Below, one piece after another: positions 1 to 9,487 of a stretch of 32,000 nt of DNA. The notes beneath the pieces were generated by a model. That model saw only the letters and a list, made by a program, of their open reading frames with translations, had not been told where the DNA came from and ran no database searches. The first letter of the stretch is position 1, and every line of letters starts with the position of its first letter. The position numbers and the translations under genes were made by a program. This stretch comes from Hydrogenophilus sp. GTDB lineage: Bacteria > Pseudomonadota > Gammaproteobacteria > Burkholderiales > Thiobacillaceae. The DNA lies in the NCBI GenBank assembly GCA_020725195.1, contig DYFL01000005.1, positions 48,513-80,512 of the forward strand. The letters run 5' to 3'.

Positions 1-1292
1 AGGCCGTCGTTGGCGAAGGCGGTGTAGGCGTGGGCGAGCTGCAGCAGGCTCACCGAGAGGCCGTGGCCGAAGGCCATGGTGGCCTTCTCGATGGGGCGCC
101 AGTTCTCGTAGGGGCGCAGGCGCCCGGCGGCCTCGCCGGGCAGGCCGGAGCCGGGCAGGGCGCCGAAGCCGGTGCGGGAGAGCAGCCGCCAGTAGTCCTC
201 GGAGCGCATGTCCAGGGCGATCCGGGCGGTGGCCACGTTGCTGGAGACCTGGATGGCCTCGGCGACGCTGAGCGTGCCCTTGGGGTGCACGTCGCGGATG
301 CGCTTGGTGCCCACCGTCAGGTAGCCCTCGCCGGTGTCGATGCGGGTATCCGGCCGGATGACGCCGGCATCCAGGGCGGCGGCCACCAGGAAGGGCTTCA
401 TGGTGGAGCCGGGCTCGTAGACGTCGGTCACGGCGCGGTTGCGCGTGCGCTCCGGGGTGAGGGTGGCGCGGTTGTTGGGGTTGTAGCTGGGCAGGTTGGC
501 CAGGGCGAGGATCTCGCCGGTCCTGGCATCCAGCACCACGACGGAGCCGGCCCGGGCGCGGTGCTCCTGCACGGCGCTGTGGAGCTCGCGGTAGGCCAGG
601 TACTGGAGCTGCAGGTTGATCGAGAGGGCCAGGTCCTGGCCGGGCCGCGGCGGCTTCAGGGACTCCAGCACCTCGACGACGTTGCCCAGGCGGTCGCGGG
701 CCACGCGCTTCGCCCCGGGCTCGCCGGCGAGCCAGCTCTGGTAGGCGAGCTCCGCGCCCTCGATGCCGCGGTCCTCCACCGAGGTGAAGCCCAGCACGTG
801 GGCGATCACTTCGCCCGAGGGGTAGTAGCGGCGGTATTCCGGCTTGGCGTAGAGGCCCTTGATGTCCAGGCCGAGGGCGGAGGCGGCCAGGTCGGGCGGC
901 AGCTGGCGGCGCAGGTAGACGAAGGTCTTGTTCTCGTCGGCGACGAGCTTCTTCAGCGCCGCGGGCTCCATCTCCACGATGCCGGCCAGGGCCTGCAGCT
1001 GGGCGGGGCTCGCCTCGGCCTCGCGCGGGTTGATCCACAGCGACTCCACCGGGGTGCTGATGGCGAGCGGCTCGCCGCGGCGGTCGGTGATCATGCCCCG
1101 GTAGGCCGGGATGGGCACGGTGCGGTTGATGCGCTTCTCGCCCTTCTCCTGCAGGAAGTCGCCCTGCCAGCCCTGCAGGTACATGGCCCGGGCCGAGAGC
1201 GCCGCGTAGCCGGCGAAGAGCAGGCCCAGCATCAGACGCATGCGCCAGCGCTGCAGGTCCAGGCGCAGCAGGGGGTTGGCGCGGCGGCTCAT
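1..1292 (-). CDS. ftsI: Peptidoglycan D,D-transpeptidase FtsI (PBP3), first ~430 codons; 3' end lies beyond window start
   Basis: Absent from the ORF track because it has no stop in the window. Reverse complement from the ATG at 1292 reads [40 protein letters not shown] (N-terminal membrane anchor). In frame it also reads VTDVYEPGSTMKPF (SxxK transpeptidase motif; M codon at 401-399, in frame with 1292). ATGA start/stop overlap with ftsL. Canonical dcw order mraZ-rsmH-ftsL-ftsI. Confidence 0.9.
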   Translation of the reverse strand, partial: MSRRANPLLRLDLQRWRMRLMLGLLFAGYAALSARAMYLQGWQGDFLQEKGEKRINRTVPIPAYRGMITDRRGEPLAISTPVESLWINPREAEASPAQLQALAGIVEMEPAALKKLVADENKTFVYLRRQLPPDLAASALGLDIKGLYAKPEYRRYYPSGEVIAHVLGFTSVEDRGIEGAELAYQSWLAGEPGAKRVARDRLGNVVEVLESLKPPRPGQDLALSINLQLQYLAYRELHSAVQEHRARAGSVVVLDARTGEILALANLPSYNPNNRATLTPERTRNRAVTDVYEPGSTMKPFLVAAALDAGVIRPDTRIDTGEGYLTVGTKRIRDVHPKGTLSVAEAIQVSSNVATARIALDMRSEDYWRLLSRTGFGALPGSGLPGEAAGRLRPYENWRPIEKATMAFGHGLSVSLLQLAHAYTAFANDG

Positions 1293-1567
1293 GGCGCCGC
1301 CCCCGGCGCGAGGTTGAGCATGTGGATGCCCTTGGGCGCCGGCACCGCCATCTGCAGATGCTGGTGCGCGACCTGTTCGATCCTGGCGTGCATCGCCCAG
1401 GTGCTCTGCTCGAGCTGCAGGCGCCCCCACTCGATGTCCAGGCTCCGCGCCCGGGCCTGTTCCGCCTGCAGCTCAATAAACAATTTGCGCGCCTGGTGGC
1501 GCGCGGTGACGACGGAGAGGGCGCAGAGGACGAGCACGACGGCCAGCAGCCCGTTCATCCTGAGCAT
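1289..1567 (-). CDS. ftsL: Cell division protein FtsL
   Basis: 92-aa [60 protein letters not shown]. It has a single N-terminal TM helix plus a coiled coil, which is the typical FtsL size and architecture. It lies between rsmH and ftsI and overlaps both neighbours. Confidence 0.85.
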   Translation of the reverse strand: MLRMNGLLAVVLVLCALSVVTARHQARKLFIELQAEQARARSLDIEWGRLQLEQSTWAMHARIEQVAHQHLQMAVPAPKGIHMLNLAPGAAP

Positions 1568-2502
1568 GACGCCTCCCCCCCCGTGCGCTCGGCCACCCGC
1601 AACACGGCGCTGCGGGCGCGCGGGTTGCGCGCGATCTCCTCCTCGGAGGCGCGGATGGCGCGGCCGACCAGCCTCAGGCGGCCGGCCTTCAGCGCGCGCG
1701 CGGGCAGCGGGATCTCGGGCGGGAGCTCCTCGCCCTTCGCCTCCGCCCGCATGAACCGCTTGACCATCCGATCCTCCAAGGAATGGAAACTGATCACCGC
1801 CAGCCGCCCTCCCGGCCTGAGCACCTCCACGCCCTGGGGCAGGGCCGCGGCCAGCTCCTCCAGTTCCCGGTTCACATGGATGCGCACCGCCTGGAAGGTG
1901 CGGGTCGCCGGGTCCTGGCCGCGCTCCCGCGTCTTCACCGCCGAGGCCGCGATCCTCGCCAGCTGCCCCGTGGTGGTCAGCGGCGTCTGGGCCCGCGCGG
2001 CGACGATCGCCCGGGCGATGCCCCTGGCGAAGCGCTCCTCGCCGTACTCCCGGAGCACCCGCGCGATCTCCTCCTCGGGCGCGGTGTTGAGCCAGTCGGC
2101 CGCCGTCTCGCCCCGGCTCGTGTCCATGCGCATGTCCAGGGGCGCGTCGAAGCGGAAGCTGAAGCCGCGCTCCGGCGCGTCGATCTGGGGGCTCGACACC
2201 CCGATGTCGAGCAGCACCCCGTCCACCGCCTCGACGCCCGCCTCCCGCAGCACCGCTTTGAGGCGGCTGAAGGGGGCGTGGACGATGCTGAAGCGCCCAT
2301 CCTCGAGCCGCCCGCCCTCGGCCACCGCCTGCGGGTCCCGGTCCAGGGCCAGGAGCCGCCCGGTGCTGCCCAGCCGCGCCAGGATCGCCCGGCTGTGGCC
2401 GCCGCGGCCGAAGGTGGCGTCCACATAGACGCCGTCCGGCCGGAGGTTCAGCGCGTTCAGGGTTGCTTCCAGCAGGACCGGGACATGCTGGCCCCCGGTC
2501 AC
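1555..2502 (-). CDS. rsmH: 16S rRNA (cytosine1402-N4)-methyltransferase RsmH (MraW)
   Basis: C-terminal 315 aa of the 498-aa track ORF: (V)[43 protein letters not shown]...[17 protein letters not shown]. This is the classic RsmH SAM-MTase signature. I place the start at GTG 2502 because it forms a GTGA overlap with the mraZ stop. The upstream 183 codons of the track ORF run antisense-frame through mraZ and are rejected. Confidence 0.9.
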   Translation of the reverse strand: MTGGQHVPVLLEATLNALNLRPDGVYVDATFGRGGHSRAILARLGSTGRLLALDRDPQAVAEGGRLEDGRFSIVHAPFSRLKAVLREAGVEAVDGVLLDIGVSSPQIDAPERGFSFRFDAPLDMRMDTSRGETAADWLNTAPEEEIARVLREYGEERFARGIARAIVAARAQTPLTTTGQLARIAASAVKTRERGQDPATRTFQAVRIHVNRELEELAAALPQGVEVLRPGGRLAVISFHSLEDRMVKRFMRAEAKGEELPPEIPLPARALKAGRLRLVGRAIRASEEEIARNPRARSAVLRVAERTGGEASCSG

Positions 2503-2969
2503 AGGGAGAAGCCCTTGAGCTCCTCCGGGAGCTCGCCGTTCTGCAGGGCCGTGTTGAGCATCTCGGGCAGCTCGCCCGCCGCCTCGTACTGGGCCTGCCA
2601 GTCGGGCTCGTTCCAGATCTCGAACTTGTTGCCCTGGCCGACCAGCACCACCTCCTTCTCCAGCCGCGCGTGCCTGCGCAGCATGGGCGGCAGCAGGATG
2701 CGGCCGGCGGTGTCCAGCTCCACGTCGGAGGCCGAGCCCACCAGGATGCGCTGCAGCTGCCGGCTCACCGGGTTGAAGCTCGACAGGGCGTTGAGCTTCT
2801 TCTCGATGGGCTCCCAGTCGGCAAAGGGGTAGAGCAGGAGGCAGCCGCTCGGATCCGCGGTGACCACGAGCCGCCCGCCGCAGCGCTCCATGAGCAGGTC
2901 GCGGTATCTCGTGGGGATGGCGAGACGGCCCTTGCCGTCCACGGCCAACTGGTTGAGCCCCCTGAACAT
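2499..2969 (-). CDS. mraZ: Transcriptional regulator MraZ
   Basis: [26 protein letters not shown]...[13 protein letters not shown], the two SpoVT-AbrB-like halves typical of MraZ. Start taken at ATG 2969 (M17 of the track ORF), preceded by GGAGGAG (2979-2973, minus sense). Confidence 0.9.
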   Translation of the reverse strand: MFRGLNQLAVDGKGRLAIPTRYRDLLMERCGGRLVVTADPSGCLLLYPFADWEPIEKKLNALSSFNPVSRQLQRILVGSASDVELDTAGRILLPPMLRRHARLEKEVVLVGQGNKFEIWNEPDWQAQYEAAGELPEMLNTALQNGELPEELKGFSL

Positions 2970-2990
2970 CGTCTCCTCCGGATTCTGGTG

Positions 2991-3065
2991 CCTCCACCTG
3001 AACCCACTCTCTCCCACTTTTCGACATTGATCCCCACTTTAGTGAACACACGCCCCCGCTGTCAA
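2991..3065 (-). promoter_or_regulatory. Putative Pmra promoter (TTGACA-18 nt-TAAAGT) with MraZ-box direct repeats in 10-bp register
   Basis: In mraZ sense the sequence reads TTGACA (3065-3060), an 18-nt spacer, then TAAAGT (3041-3036). Four boxes follow: AAAGTGGGGA (3040-3031), AAAGTGGGAG (3020-3011), AGAGTGGGTT (3010-3001) and CAGGTGGAGG (3000-2991). The AGTGG(G) cores therefore sit at 10-bp multiples. This matches the GTGGG-type direct repeats reported as MraZ operators in E. coli and Mollicutes. Confidence 0.55.
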
Positions 3066-3179
3066 GGACGAAAAGGGATTTTTTTCAATGGAGACAAAGA
3101 CTTACGAACGCCGGCCGCGCCCGGGGAAGCGGAGGATAAAGAAGGGAATAGCGCGAGAACTTAAAGTGGAGTCTTAAGA

Positions 3180-3221
3180 GAGTGGGGAGTGGGGAGTGGG
3201 GAGTGGGGAGTGGGGAGTGGG
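3180..3221 (+). repeat. Perfect tandem heptanucleotide repeat (GAGTGGG)x6; G-quadruplex-type motif on + strand
   Basis: Read directly: gagtggg repeated six times without a mismatch from 3180 to 3221. It is preceded by the related aaagtggag (3162-3170). This gives runs of GGGG separated by AGT. It lies between the rnpB 3' end and the mraZ promoter. Confidence 0.95.
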
Positions 3222-3264
3222 TGCTTTGACTCAGTCCTCAGTCCCCGCCACCGATGTCGCGAAA

Positions 3265-3654
<390 letters not shown>

Positions 3655-3737
3655 GAAAAGGATTGTCGCGGAGCGGCGCCTGCCCTACAAGCCTGGCATG
3701 TATTTCCGGGGCGGGCGCGCTGCGCGATTGGTGGCGG

Positions 3738-4769
3738 TCAGACCAGGCGCCAGCGCACGGGTTCCCCGGCCCGCAGCGGCACGAGGGTCTCGCTGCCGAA
3801 GGCGAGGCTGCCGGCGACCGTCCAGGCCTCCTTCCTGAGCGTGATGCGCCCGGTGTTGCGCGGCAGGCCGTAGAAGTCCGCGCCGTAATGGCTGGCGAAG
3901 CCCTCCAGCCGGTCCAGCGCCCCGGCCTCCTCGAAGACCTCGGCGTAGAGCTCGATGGCGGCATGGGCGGTATAGATGCCCGCGCAGCCGCAGGCGGCCT
4001 CCTTGGCGCCTTGGGCGTGGGGGGCGCTGTCGGTGCCGAGGAAGAACCTGGGGCTGCCGGAGACGGCCGCCTCCACGAGCGCCCTGCGGTGGCCCTCGCG
4101 CTTGAGCACGGGCAGGCAGTAGTAGTGGGGCCGGATGCCGCCCTTGAACATGGCGTTGCGGTTGTAGAGCAGGTGATGCGCCGTGAGGGTGGCCGCCACG
4201 TTGGCGGGTGCGCCCTTGACGAACTCGATGCCCTCGCGGGTGGTGGTGTGTTCCAGCACCACCTTGAGCCTGGGGAAGCGGCGGATCACCGGCAGCAGCA
4301 CCCGTTCGATGAACACCGCCTCGCGGTCGAAGACGTCCACCTCGGGGTCGGTCACCTCGCCGTGCACCAGCAGGGGCACGCCGTGGGCCTCCATGGCCTC
4401 CAGGGCCGGATAGGTGCGCTCCACCGCGGTGACGCCGGCGTCGGAGTGGGTGGTCGCGCCGGCGGGGTAGTACTTCACGGCGTGGACGAAGCCGCTCGCC
4501 CGGGCGCGTTCGATCTCCCCGGGGGAGGTGCTGTCCGTGAGGTAGAGGGTCATCAGCGGCTCGAACGCGAGACCCCGCGGCAAGGCGGCCAGGATGCGGT
4601 CCCGGTAGGCCGCGGCCTCCGCGACGGTGCGCACCGGGGGCTTCAGGTTGGGCATGACGATGGCGCGGGCGAAGCGGCGCGCCGTGTCGGGCAGCACGCT
4701 CTGCATCGCGTCGCCGTCGCGCAGGTGCAGGTGCCAGTCGTCAGGCCGGGTGATCGTCAGGGTGTTCAT
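3738..4769 (-). CDS. pyrC: Dihydroorotase (class II, homodimeric type)
   Basis: 343 aa: [22 protein letters not shown]...[10 protein letters not shown]...LTAHHLL...LGTDSAPH. It has the HxH metal site, the carbamylated-Lys context and the terminal D-S-A-P-H motif of PyrC. Confidence 0.9.
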   Translation of the reverse strand: MNTLTITRPDDWHLHLRDGDAMQSVLPDTARRFARAIVMPNLKPPVRTVAEAAAYRDRILAALPRGLAFEPLMTLYLTDSTSPGEIERARASGFVHAVKYYPAGATTHSDAGVTAVERTYPALEAMEAHGVPLLVHGEVTDPEVDVFDREAVFIERVLLPVIRRFPRLKVVLEHTTTREGIEFVKGAPANVAATLTAHHLLYNRNAMFKGGIRPHYYCLPVLKREGHRRALVEAAVSGSPRFFLGTDSAPHAQGAKEAACGCAGIYTAHAAIELYAEVFEEAGALDRLEGFASHYGADFYGLPRNTGRITLRKEAWTVAGSLAFGSETLVPLRAGEPVRWRLV

Positions 4770-5619
4770 GTTTCTGCAGCTCCAGAGCCAGATCGTAAAC
4801 GGTGTTCTTCTTGGCGCCGGTGAGCTTCACGGTGAGGGCGACCGCCTGCTTCAGGGGCAGCGCCTCCAGGAGGGTCGCCAGCGTCTCCCGCAGCTCCCCG
4901 GCGTCCTCCTGCTCCGGCTCGGCGCCTGCCACGATGAGGACGAATTCGCCCCGGCGCCGGTTCTCGTCCCCCGCGAGCCAGGCCTCGGCCTCGTCGAGCC
5001 GGCAGGCGTGCACGCTCTCGAAGAGCTTGGTCAGCTCCCGGGCGATGACGACCTCGCGCCCGCCGCCCAGCACGGCATGCAGGTCGGCCACGCATTCCTG
5101 GATGCGGTGCGGGGACTCGTAGAAGACCAGGGCGCAGGGCAGGGCCTTCAACGCGTCCAGGGCGCGGCGGCGCGGCCCCGCCCTGTGCGGCAGGAAGCCG
5201 TGGAAGAGCCAGCGCCCCTGCTCCAGGCCGGCGACGGAAACGGCCGCCGCCACGGCGCTGGCGCCGGGGACGGGCACCGCGCTCAGGCCCGCCTCGCGGA
5301 CGCGGCGCGCCAGGCGCGCGCCCGGGTCGCTCACCCCGGGGGTGCCGGCGTCCGAGACATAGGCCACGCTCTGGCCGGCCCGGAGGGCCTCGACGAGCCG
5401 TGCCGAGGCCTCGGCCTCGTTGTGCTCGTGCAGGGCGTAGAGCCGCCTGCCCAGGCCGTGGGCGGAGAGCAGCCCCTGGGTCACGCGGGTGTCCTCGGCG
5501 GCCACGATGTCGGCGCTCCTCAGGATGTCCAGTGCGCGCAGGGTGATGTCGCGCAGGTTGCCGATGGGGGTGGCCACGACGTAGAGCGTGCCGGGCTGGG
5601 CCCGGGCCTCGGGTTGCAT
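4741..5619 (-). CDS. rsmI: 16S rRNA (cytidine1402-2'-O)-methyltransferase RsmI
   Basis: From M131 of the 422-aa track ORF: [45 protein letters not shown]...FYESPHR..., a tetrapyrrole-methylase-fold RsmI signature. ATG at 5619. The 3' end overlaps the pyrC start by 29 nt. Confidence 0.88.
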   Translation of the reverse strand: MQPEARAQPGTLYVVATPIGNLRDITLRALDILRSADIVAAEDTRVTQGLLSAHGLGRRLYALHEHNEAEASARLVEALRAGQSVAYVSDAGTPGVSDPGARLARRVREAGLSAVPVPGASAVAAAVSVAGLEQGRWLFHGFLPHRAGPRRRALDALKALPCALVFYESPHRIQECVADLHAVLGGGREVVIARELTKLFESVHACRLDEAEAWLAGDENRRRGEFVLIVAGAEPEQEDAGELRETLATLLEALPLKQAVALTVKLTGAKKNTVYDLALELQKHEHPDDHPA

Positions 5620-5691
5620 GTTTCCTGGTGGCTGGTTAGCGTGTGCGGGGGCGCCTGCAGGCGCGATCGTGAAAGTGTAACAGGGGGGGAC

Positions 5692-6030
5692 ATGCACAGG
5701 GGTGCGGAGGCCGAGGCCCGGGCGGCGCAATACCTGGAGCGGCAGGGCCTCAGGCTCGTCGAGCGCAACTACCGCTGCCGCCAGGGCGAGATCGACCTGG
5801 TGATGCGCGAGGGCGCCACGCTGGTCTTCGTGGAGGTGCGCAGCCGCGCCCGCGGCGGCTTCGGCGGCGCAGCCGCGAGCATCACCGTGGCCAAGCAGGC
5901 GAGGCTGATCCACGCCGCCCGGCACTACCTCGCCAGCCGCGGCGTCGACGCCCCCTGCCGCTTCGACGCCGTGCTCATCGAGGGCGGGCGCCTCGAATGG
6001 CTGCGGCACGCCTTCGAGGCCGGGGGGTAG
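5692..6030 (+). CDS. yraN: YraN family (UPF0102) endonuclease-like protein
   Basis: Last 112 aa of the 467-aa track ORF: [52 protein letters not shown]...RFDAV. This is the typical YraN motif set. It is divergent from rsmI, as in other gammaproteobacteria. Confidence 0.8.
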   Translation: MHRGAEAEARAAQYLERQGLRLVERNYRCRQGEIDLVMREGATLVFVEVRSRARGGFGGAAASITVAKQARLIHAARHYLASRGVDAPCRFDAVLIEGGRLEWLRHAFEAGG

Positions 6031-6068
6031 CCGTCGGCTATAATCGGCCGCTACTTCGAGGAGTCACC

Positions 6069-6656
6069 GTGTCCCTGGCCGAACGCGTCTATCAGACCTT
6101 TCACGAGAGCGCCCAGGCGAAGCTCACCGCCGCCGACGTCCTGGCCGAGCCCATCGCCCAGGCCGCGGAACGCCTGGTCGGCTGCTTCATGGGCGAGGGC
6201 AAGCTCCTCGCCTGCGGCAACGGGGGCTCCGCCGCCGAGGCGCAACATTTCGTCTCCGAGCTGGTCAATCGTTTCGAGCGGGAACGCCCGGGCCTTGCCG
6301 CCGTCGCACTCAATGCCGACAGCGTCACCCTGACCTCCATCGCGGACGACTACGACTTCTCCATGGTCTTCGCCCGCCAGGTCGGCGCCCTGGGGCATCC
6401 GGGCGACGTCCTGCTCGCCGTCTCCACCAGCGGCAACGCCCGCAACGTGATCGAGGCCGCGCGCGCGGCCCAGGAACGCGAGATGGCCGTGGTGGCCATC
6501 ACCGGGCACGACGGCGGCGAGCTGGCGGAGATGCTCACCGAGCAGGACATCCTCATCTGCGCGCCGGGCGACAGCATCGCCCGCATCCAGGAGGTGCACC
6601 AGCTCGTCATCCACTGTCTGTGCGACAGCATCGACTACTTGCTATTAGGAGCCTGA
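6069..6656 (+). CDS. diaA: SIS-domain protein DiaA / phosphoheptose-isomerase-like
   Basis: GTG 6069 is preceded by GAGGAG (6058-6063). The sequence LACGNGGSAAEAQHFVSELVNRFERERPGL...LAVSTSGNARNV...ARIQEVHQLVIHCLCDSID closely parallels E. coli DiaA as I recall it. Confidence 0.82.
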   Translation: MSLAERVYQTFHESAQAKLTAADVLAEPIAQAAERLVGCFMGEGKLLACGNGGSAAEAQHFVSELVNRFERERPGLAAVALNADSVTLTSIADDYDFSMVFARQVGALGHPGDVLLAVSTSGNARNVIEAARAAQEREMAVVAITGHDGGELAEMLTEQDILICAPGDSIARIQEVHQLVIHCLCDSIDYLLLGA

Positions 6657-7229
6657 ATGATGCGTAATCTGTTGCCCCTCGCCCTGCTGGGCATCACCGC
6701 CCTGCCGCTCGCCGGCTGCGCGCCCGCCGTGGTCGGCGGCGTCGGCGTCGGCGCCCTCATGGCGGAGGACCGGCGCACGCCGAGCGTCTACGTCATGGAC
6801 CAGGAGATCGAGCTCACCGCCGCCCACCGCCTGCGCCAGGCCCAGCTCACCGAGGTCCACGCCAGCTTCATCAGCTTCAACCGCCGCGTGCTGATCACCG
6901 GCGAGGCCCCCACGGAGGCCATGAAGGCCAGGGTCGAGGAGATCGCCCGGGGCGTGCCCAACGTGCGCGAGACCATCAACGAGCTCGCCATCGCCGCGCC
7001 GTCCTCGCTCGCCTCGCGCAGCACCGACACCTACATCACCAGCAAGGTGAAGGCGCGGCTGCTCGAGGACACCCGCGTCAACGCCCTGCACATCAAGGTG
7101 GTGACCGAGCGCGGCATCGTCTACCTCATGGGCCTCGCGAAGCGCGCCGAGGCCGACATCGCCGCCGAGATCGCCGCCCGGACCTCGGGCGTGCTCAAGG
7201 TGGTGAAGGTCTTCGAGTACCAGGACTGA
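6657..7229 (+). CDS. dolP: Outer-membrane lipoprotein DolP (YraP), dual BON domain
   Basis: [21 protein letters not shown] shows a lipobox LAGC. Two BON-like segments follow (..[14 protein letters not shown].., ..[13 protein letters not shown]..). Position is conserved after diaA. Confidence 0.85.
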   Translation: MMRNLLPLALLGITALPLAGCAPAVVGGVGVGALMAEDRRTPSVYVMDQEIELTAAHRLRQAQLTEVHASFISFNRRVLITGEAPTEAMKARVEEIARGVPNVRETINELAIAAPSSLASRSTDTYITSKVKARLLEDTRVNALHIKVVTERGIVYLMGLAKRAEADIAAEIAARTSGVLKVVKVFEYQD

Positions 7230-7245
7230 CAAACCGAGGCCTCAA

Positions 7246-8709
7246 TTGCGCTACCAGGACCTGCGCGACTTCATCGGCCAGCTGGAGCGCCTGGGCGAGC
7301 TCAGGCGCATCGCCGTCGAGGTCGACCCGCATCTGGAGATGACCGAGATCGGCGACCGGGTGCTGCGCGCCGGCGGCCCCGCGCTGCTCTTCGAGCGGCC
7401 GCGCGGCCACACCATCCCGGTGCTCGCCAACCTCTTCGGCACCGTGCGCCGGGTGGCCCTGGGCATGGGCGAGGAGGACCCGGCCAAGCTGCGCGAGATC
7501 GGCAGGCTCCTCGCCTACCTCAAGGAGCCCGAGCCGCCCCGAGGGCTCAGGGACGCCTGGGACAAGCTGCCGGTCTTGAAGCAGGTCATGAACATGGCGC
7601 CCAGGGAGGTGCGCAGCGCGCCCTGCCAGGAGGTGGTCTGGGAGGGCAAGGACGTCGACCTCTCGCGCCTGCCCATCCAGACCTGCTGGCCGGGGGACGC
7701 CGGCCCGCTCGTCACCTGGGGCCTCACCATCACCCGAGGGCCGCACAAGGCCCGCCAGAACCTGGGCATCTACCGCCAGCAGCTCATCGGCCCCGACAAG
7801 CTCATCATGCGCTGGCTCGCCCACCGCGGCGGGGCGCTCGACTTCCGCGAGCACTGCGAGGCCCGCCCCGGCGAGCCCTTCCCCGTGGCCGTGGCCCTGG
7901 GGGCGGACCCGGCCACCATCCTGGGTGCGGTCACGCCGGTGCCGGACGCATTGTCCGAGTACCAGTTCGCCGGCCTCCTGCGCGGGGCCAAGACCGAGGT
8001 GGCCCGCGCCCTGGGTTCGGAGCTGCAGGTGCCGGCCTCAAGCGAGATCGTGCTGGAGGGGGTGATCCATCCGGGCGAGACCGCCGTCGAAGGGCCCTTC
8101 GGCGACCACACCGGCTACTACAACGAGCAGGAGACCTTCCCCGTCTTCACGGTCGAGCGCATCACGATGCGCCGCGACCCCATCTACCACAGCACCTATA
8201 CCGGCAAGCCGCCGGACGAGCCGGCCATCCTGGGCGTGGCGCTCAACGAGGTCTTCGTGCCGCTGCTGCAGAAGCAGTTCCCCGAGATCACCGACTTCTA
8301 CCTGCCGCCCGAGGGCTGCAGCTACCGCATGGCGGTGGTCAGCATGAAGAAGCAGTACCCGGGGCATGCGAAAAGGGTGATGTTCGGCGTGTGGTCCTTC
8401 CTGCGCCAGTTCATGTACACCAAGTTCATCCTGGTCACCGACGACGACGTCGACGTCCGCTCCTGGCCCGAGGTCATCTGGGCGCTCACCACCCGGGTCG
8501 ACCCCGCCCGGGACACGCTGCTGGTGGAGCACACCCCCATCGACTACCTGGACTTCGCCAGCCCCGTCTCCGGGCTTGGGTCCAAGATGGGCATCGACGC
8601 CACCAACAAGTGGCCGGGCGAGACCCAGCGGCAGTGGGGCACGCCCATCGCCATGGATGCCGAGGTCCGGCGGCGGGTGGACGCGCTCTGGGGCGAGCTC
8701 GGGCTTTGA
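7246..8709 (+). CDS. ubiD: 4-hydroxy-3-polyprenylbenzoate decarboxylase UbiD
   Basis: 487 aa, near-colinear with E. coli UbiD as recalled ([21 protein letters not shown]..., [44 protein letters not shown]). Start is TTG 7246 with GAGG 7 nt upstream. Confidence 0.92.
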   Translation: MRYQDLRDFIGQLERLGELRRIAVEVDPHLEMTEIGDRVLRAGGPALLFERPRGHTIPVLANLFGTVRRVALGMGEEDPAKLREIGRLLAYLKEPEPPRGLRDAWDKLPVLKQVMNMAPREVRSAPCQEVVWEGKDVDLSRLPIQTCWPGDAGPLVTWGLTITRGPHKARQNLGIYRQQLIGPDKLIMRWLAHRGGALDFREHCEARPGEPFPVAVALGADPATILGAVTPVPDALSEYQFAGLLRGAKTEVARALGSELQVPASSEIVLEGVIHPGETAVEGPFGDHTGYYNEQETFPVFTVERITMRRDPIYHSTYTGKPPDEPAILGVALNEVFVPLLQKQFPEITDFYLPPEGCSYRMAVVSMKKQYPGHAKRVMFGVWSFLRQFMYTKFILVTDDDVDVRSWPEVIWALTTRVDPARDTLLVEHTPIDYLDFASPVSGLGSKMGIDATNKWPGETQRQWGTPIAMDAEVRRRVDALWGELGL

Positions 8710-8774
8710 GCGGGCTAGGCAGGCCCGAATAGTTGAGTATAATGCTCGGGCATTAGCCATAGAGGAGCCCCACC

Positions 8775-9353
8775 ATGTCCGCCGAACTCTACGCCGCCGC
8801 CGCCAAGGGCGACGCGAACGAAACGCGCCGCCTGCTCGCGGCCGGCGCCAACCCCAACTGGACCAACGCGGAAGGGGATACCGCGCTGCACGCGGCGGCC
8901 CAGCAGGGTCACCTGGAGGCGGTGCAGGCCCTGCTCGCGGCCGGCGCCGACGTCAACGCCCGGGACGGCCTGGAGTGGACCCCCCTCTTCAAGGCCGCCT
9001 ACAACCATGAGCTGGACACCGGCTTCGCCCCGGTCGTGCAGGCCCTGGTCGAGGCCGGCGCCGACGTCAACGCCCACATCGCCTTCGGCCTCACGCCGCT
9101 GATGCTCGCCGCAGGCGGCGGCGAGGGGGCGGTGTGCGAGGTGCTGCTCGCGGCCGGCGCCGACCCCAGGGCGACCAACGAGGTCGGCCGCACCGCGCTC
9201 ATGATGGCCAAGGAGCGCCACTGGGTGGACGTGATCAACCTCTTGCACGAGGCCACGGGCTTCGTGCCCGAGACCGAGGGCGCCTGCTCGAGCGGGCGCA
9301 GGGGCCCGAGCGAAATGAAGGTGGTCAACTTCATCAAGCCCACCACGCACTGA
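8775..9353 (+). CDS. Ankyrin-repeat protein
   Basis: Repeated ankyrin consensus segments: GDTALHAAAQQGHLEAVQALLAAGADVNA, TPLFKAA...VQALVEAGADVNA, LTPLMLAAGGGEGAVCEVLLAAGADP and RTALMMA. RBS AGAGGAG lies upstream. A TATAAT (8738-8743) lies in the upstream gap. Confidence 0.85.
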   Translation: MSAELYAAAAKGDANETRRLLAAGANPNWTNAEGDTALHAAAQQGHLEAVQALLAAGADVNARDGLEWTPLFKAAYNHELDTGFAPVVQALVEAGADVNAHIAFGLTPLMLAAGGGEGAVCEVLLAAGADPRATNEVGRTALMMAKERHWVDVINLLHEATGFVPETEGACSSGRRGPSEMKVVNFIKPTTH

Positions 9354-9374
9354 GGTCTCCGGCGCCTTCCGGCA

Positions 9375-9411
9375 GGGGGAGCGGGCGGACGCCCGCTCCC
9401 CCTGTTTGTTT
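9375..9411 (+). terminator. Rho-independent terminator after the ankyrin gene
   Basis: GGGGGAGCGGGC (9375-9386), GGAC loop, GCCCGCTCCCCC (9391-9402): a perfect 12-bp GC stem followed by TGTTTGTTT. Confidence 0.7.
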
Positions 9412-9487
9412 ACAATCTTTTTACAATCGCCTGGGCGCGCCTGTGCAAGCATACCGATAAGAGACAACCATCCAGTTGCGAGGGTTT

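Noticed and set aside
30-1754. 574-aa + strand ORF covering the start of the window
   Set aside because: Gly/Ala/Arg/Pro-rich low-complexity translation typical of an antisense shadow ORF in high-GC DNA. The opposite strand encodes clearly recognisable FtsI and FtsL.
1555-3051. 498-aa version of the rsmH ORF, and likewise the 422-aa version of rsmI (4741-6009)
   Set aside because: The N-terminal extensions are low-complexity. They run through mraZ in another frame (rsmH) or across the divergent promoter and yraN on the opposite strand (rsmI). Conserved family N-termini begin at GTG 2502 and ATG 5619 respectively.
3180-3221. Tandem repeat considered as a possible CRISPR or minisatellite array
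   Set aside because: It consists of 7-bp units with no spacers and there are no cas genes. It is a simple tandem repeat and is reported as such.
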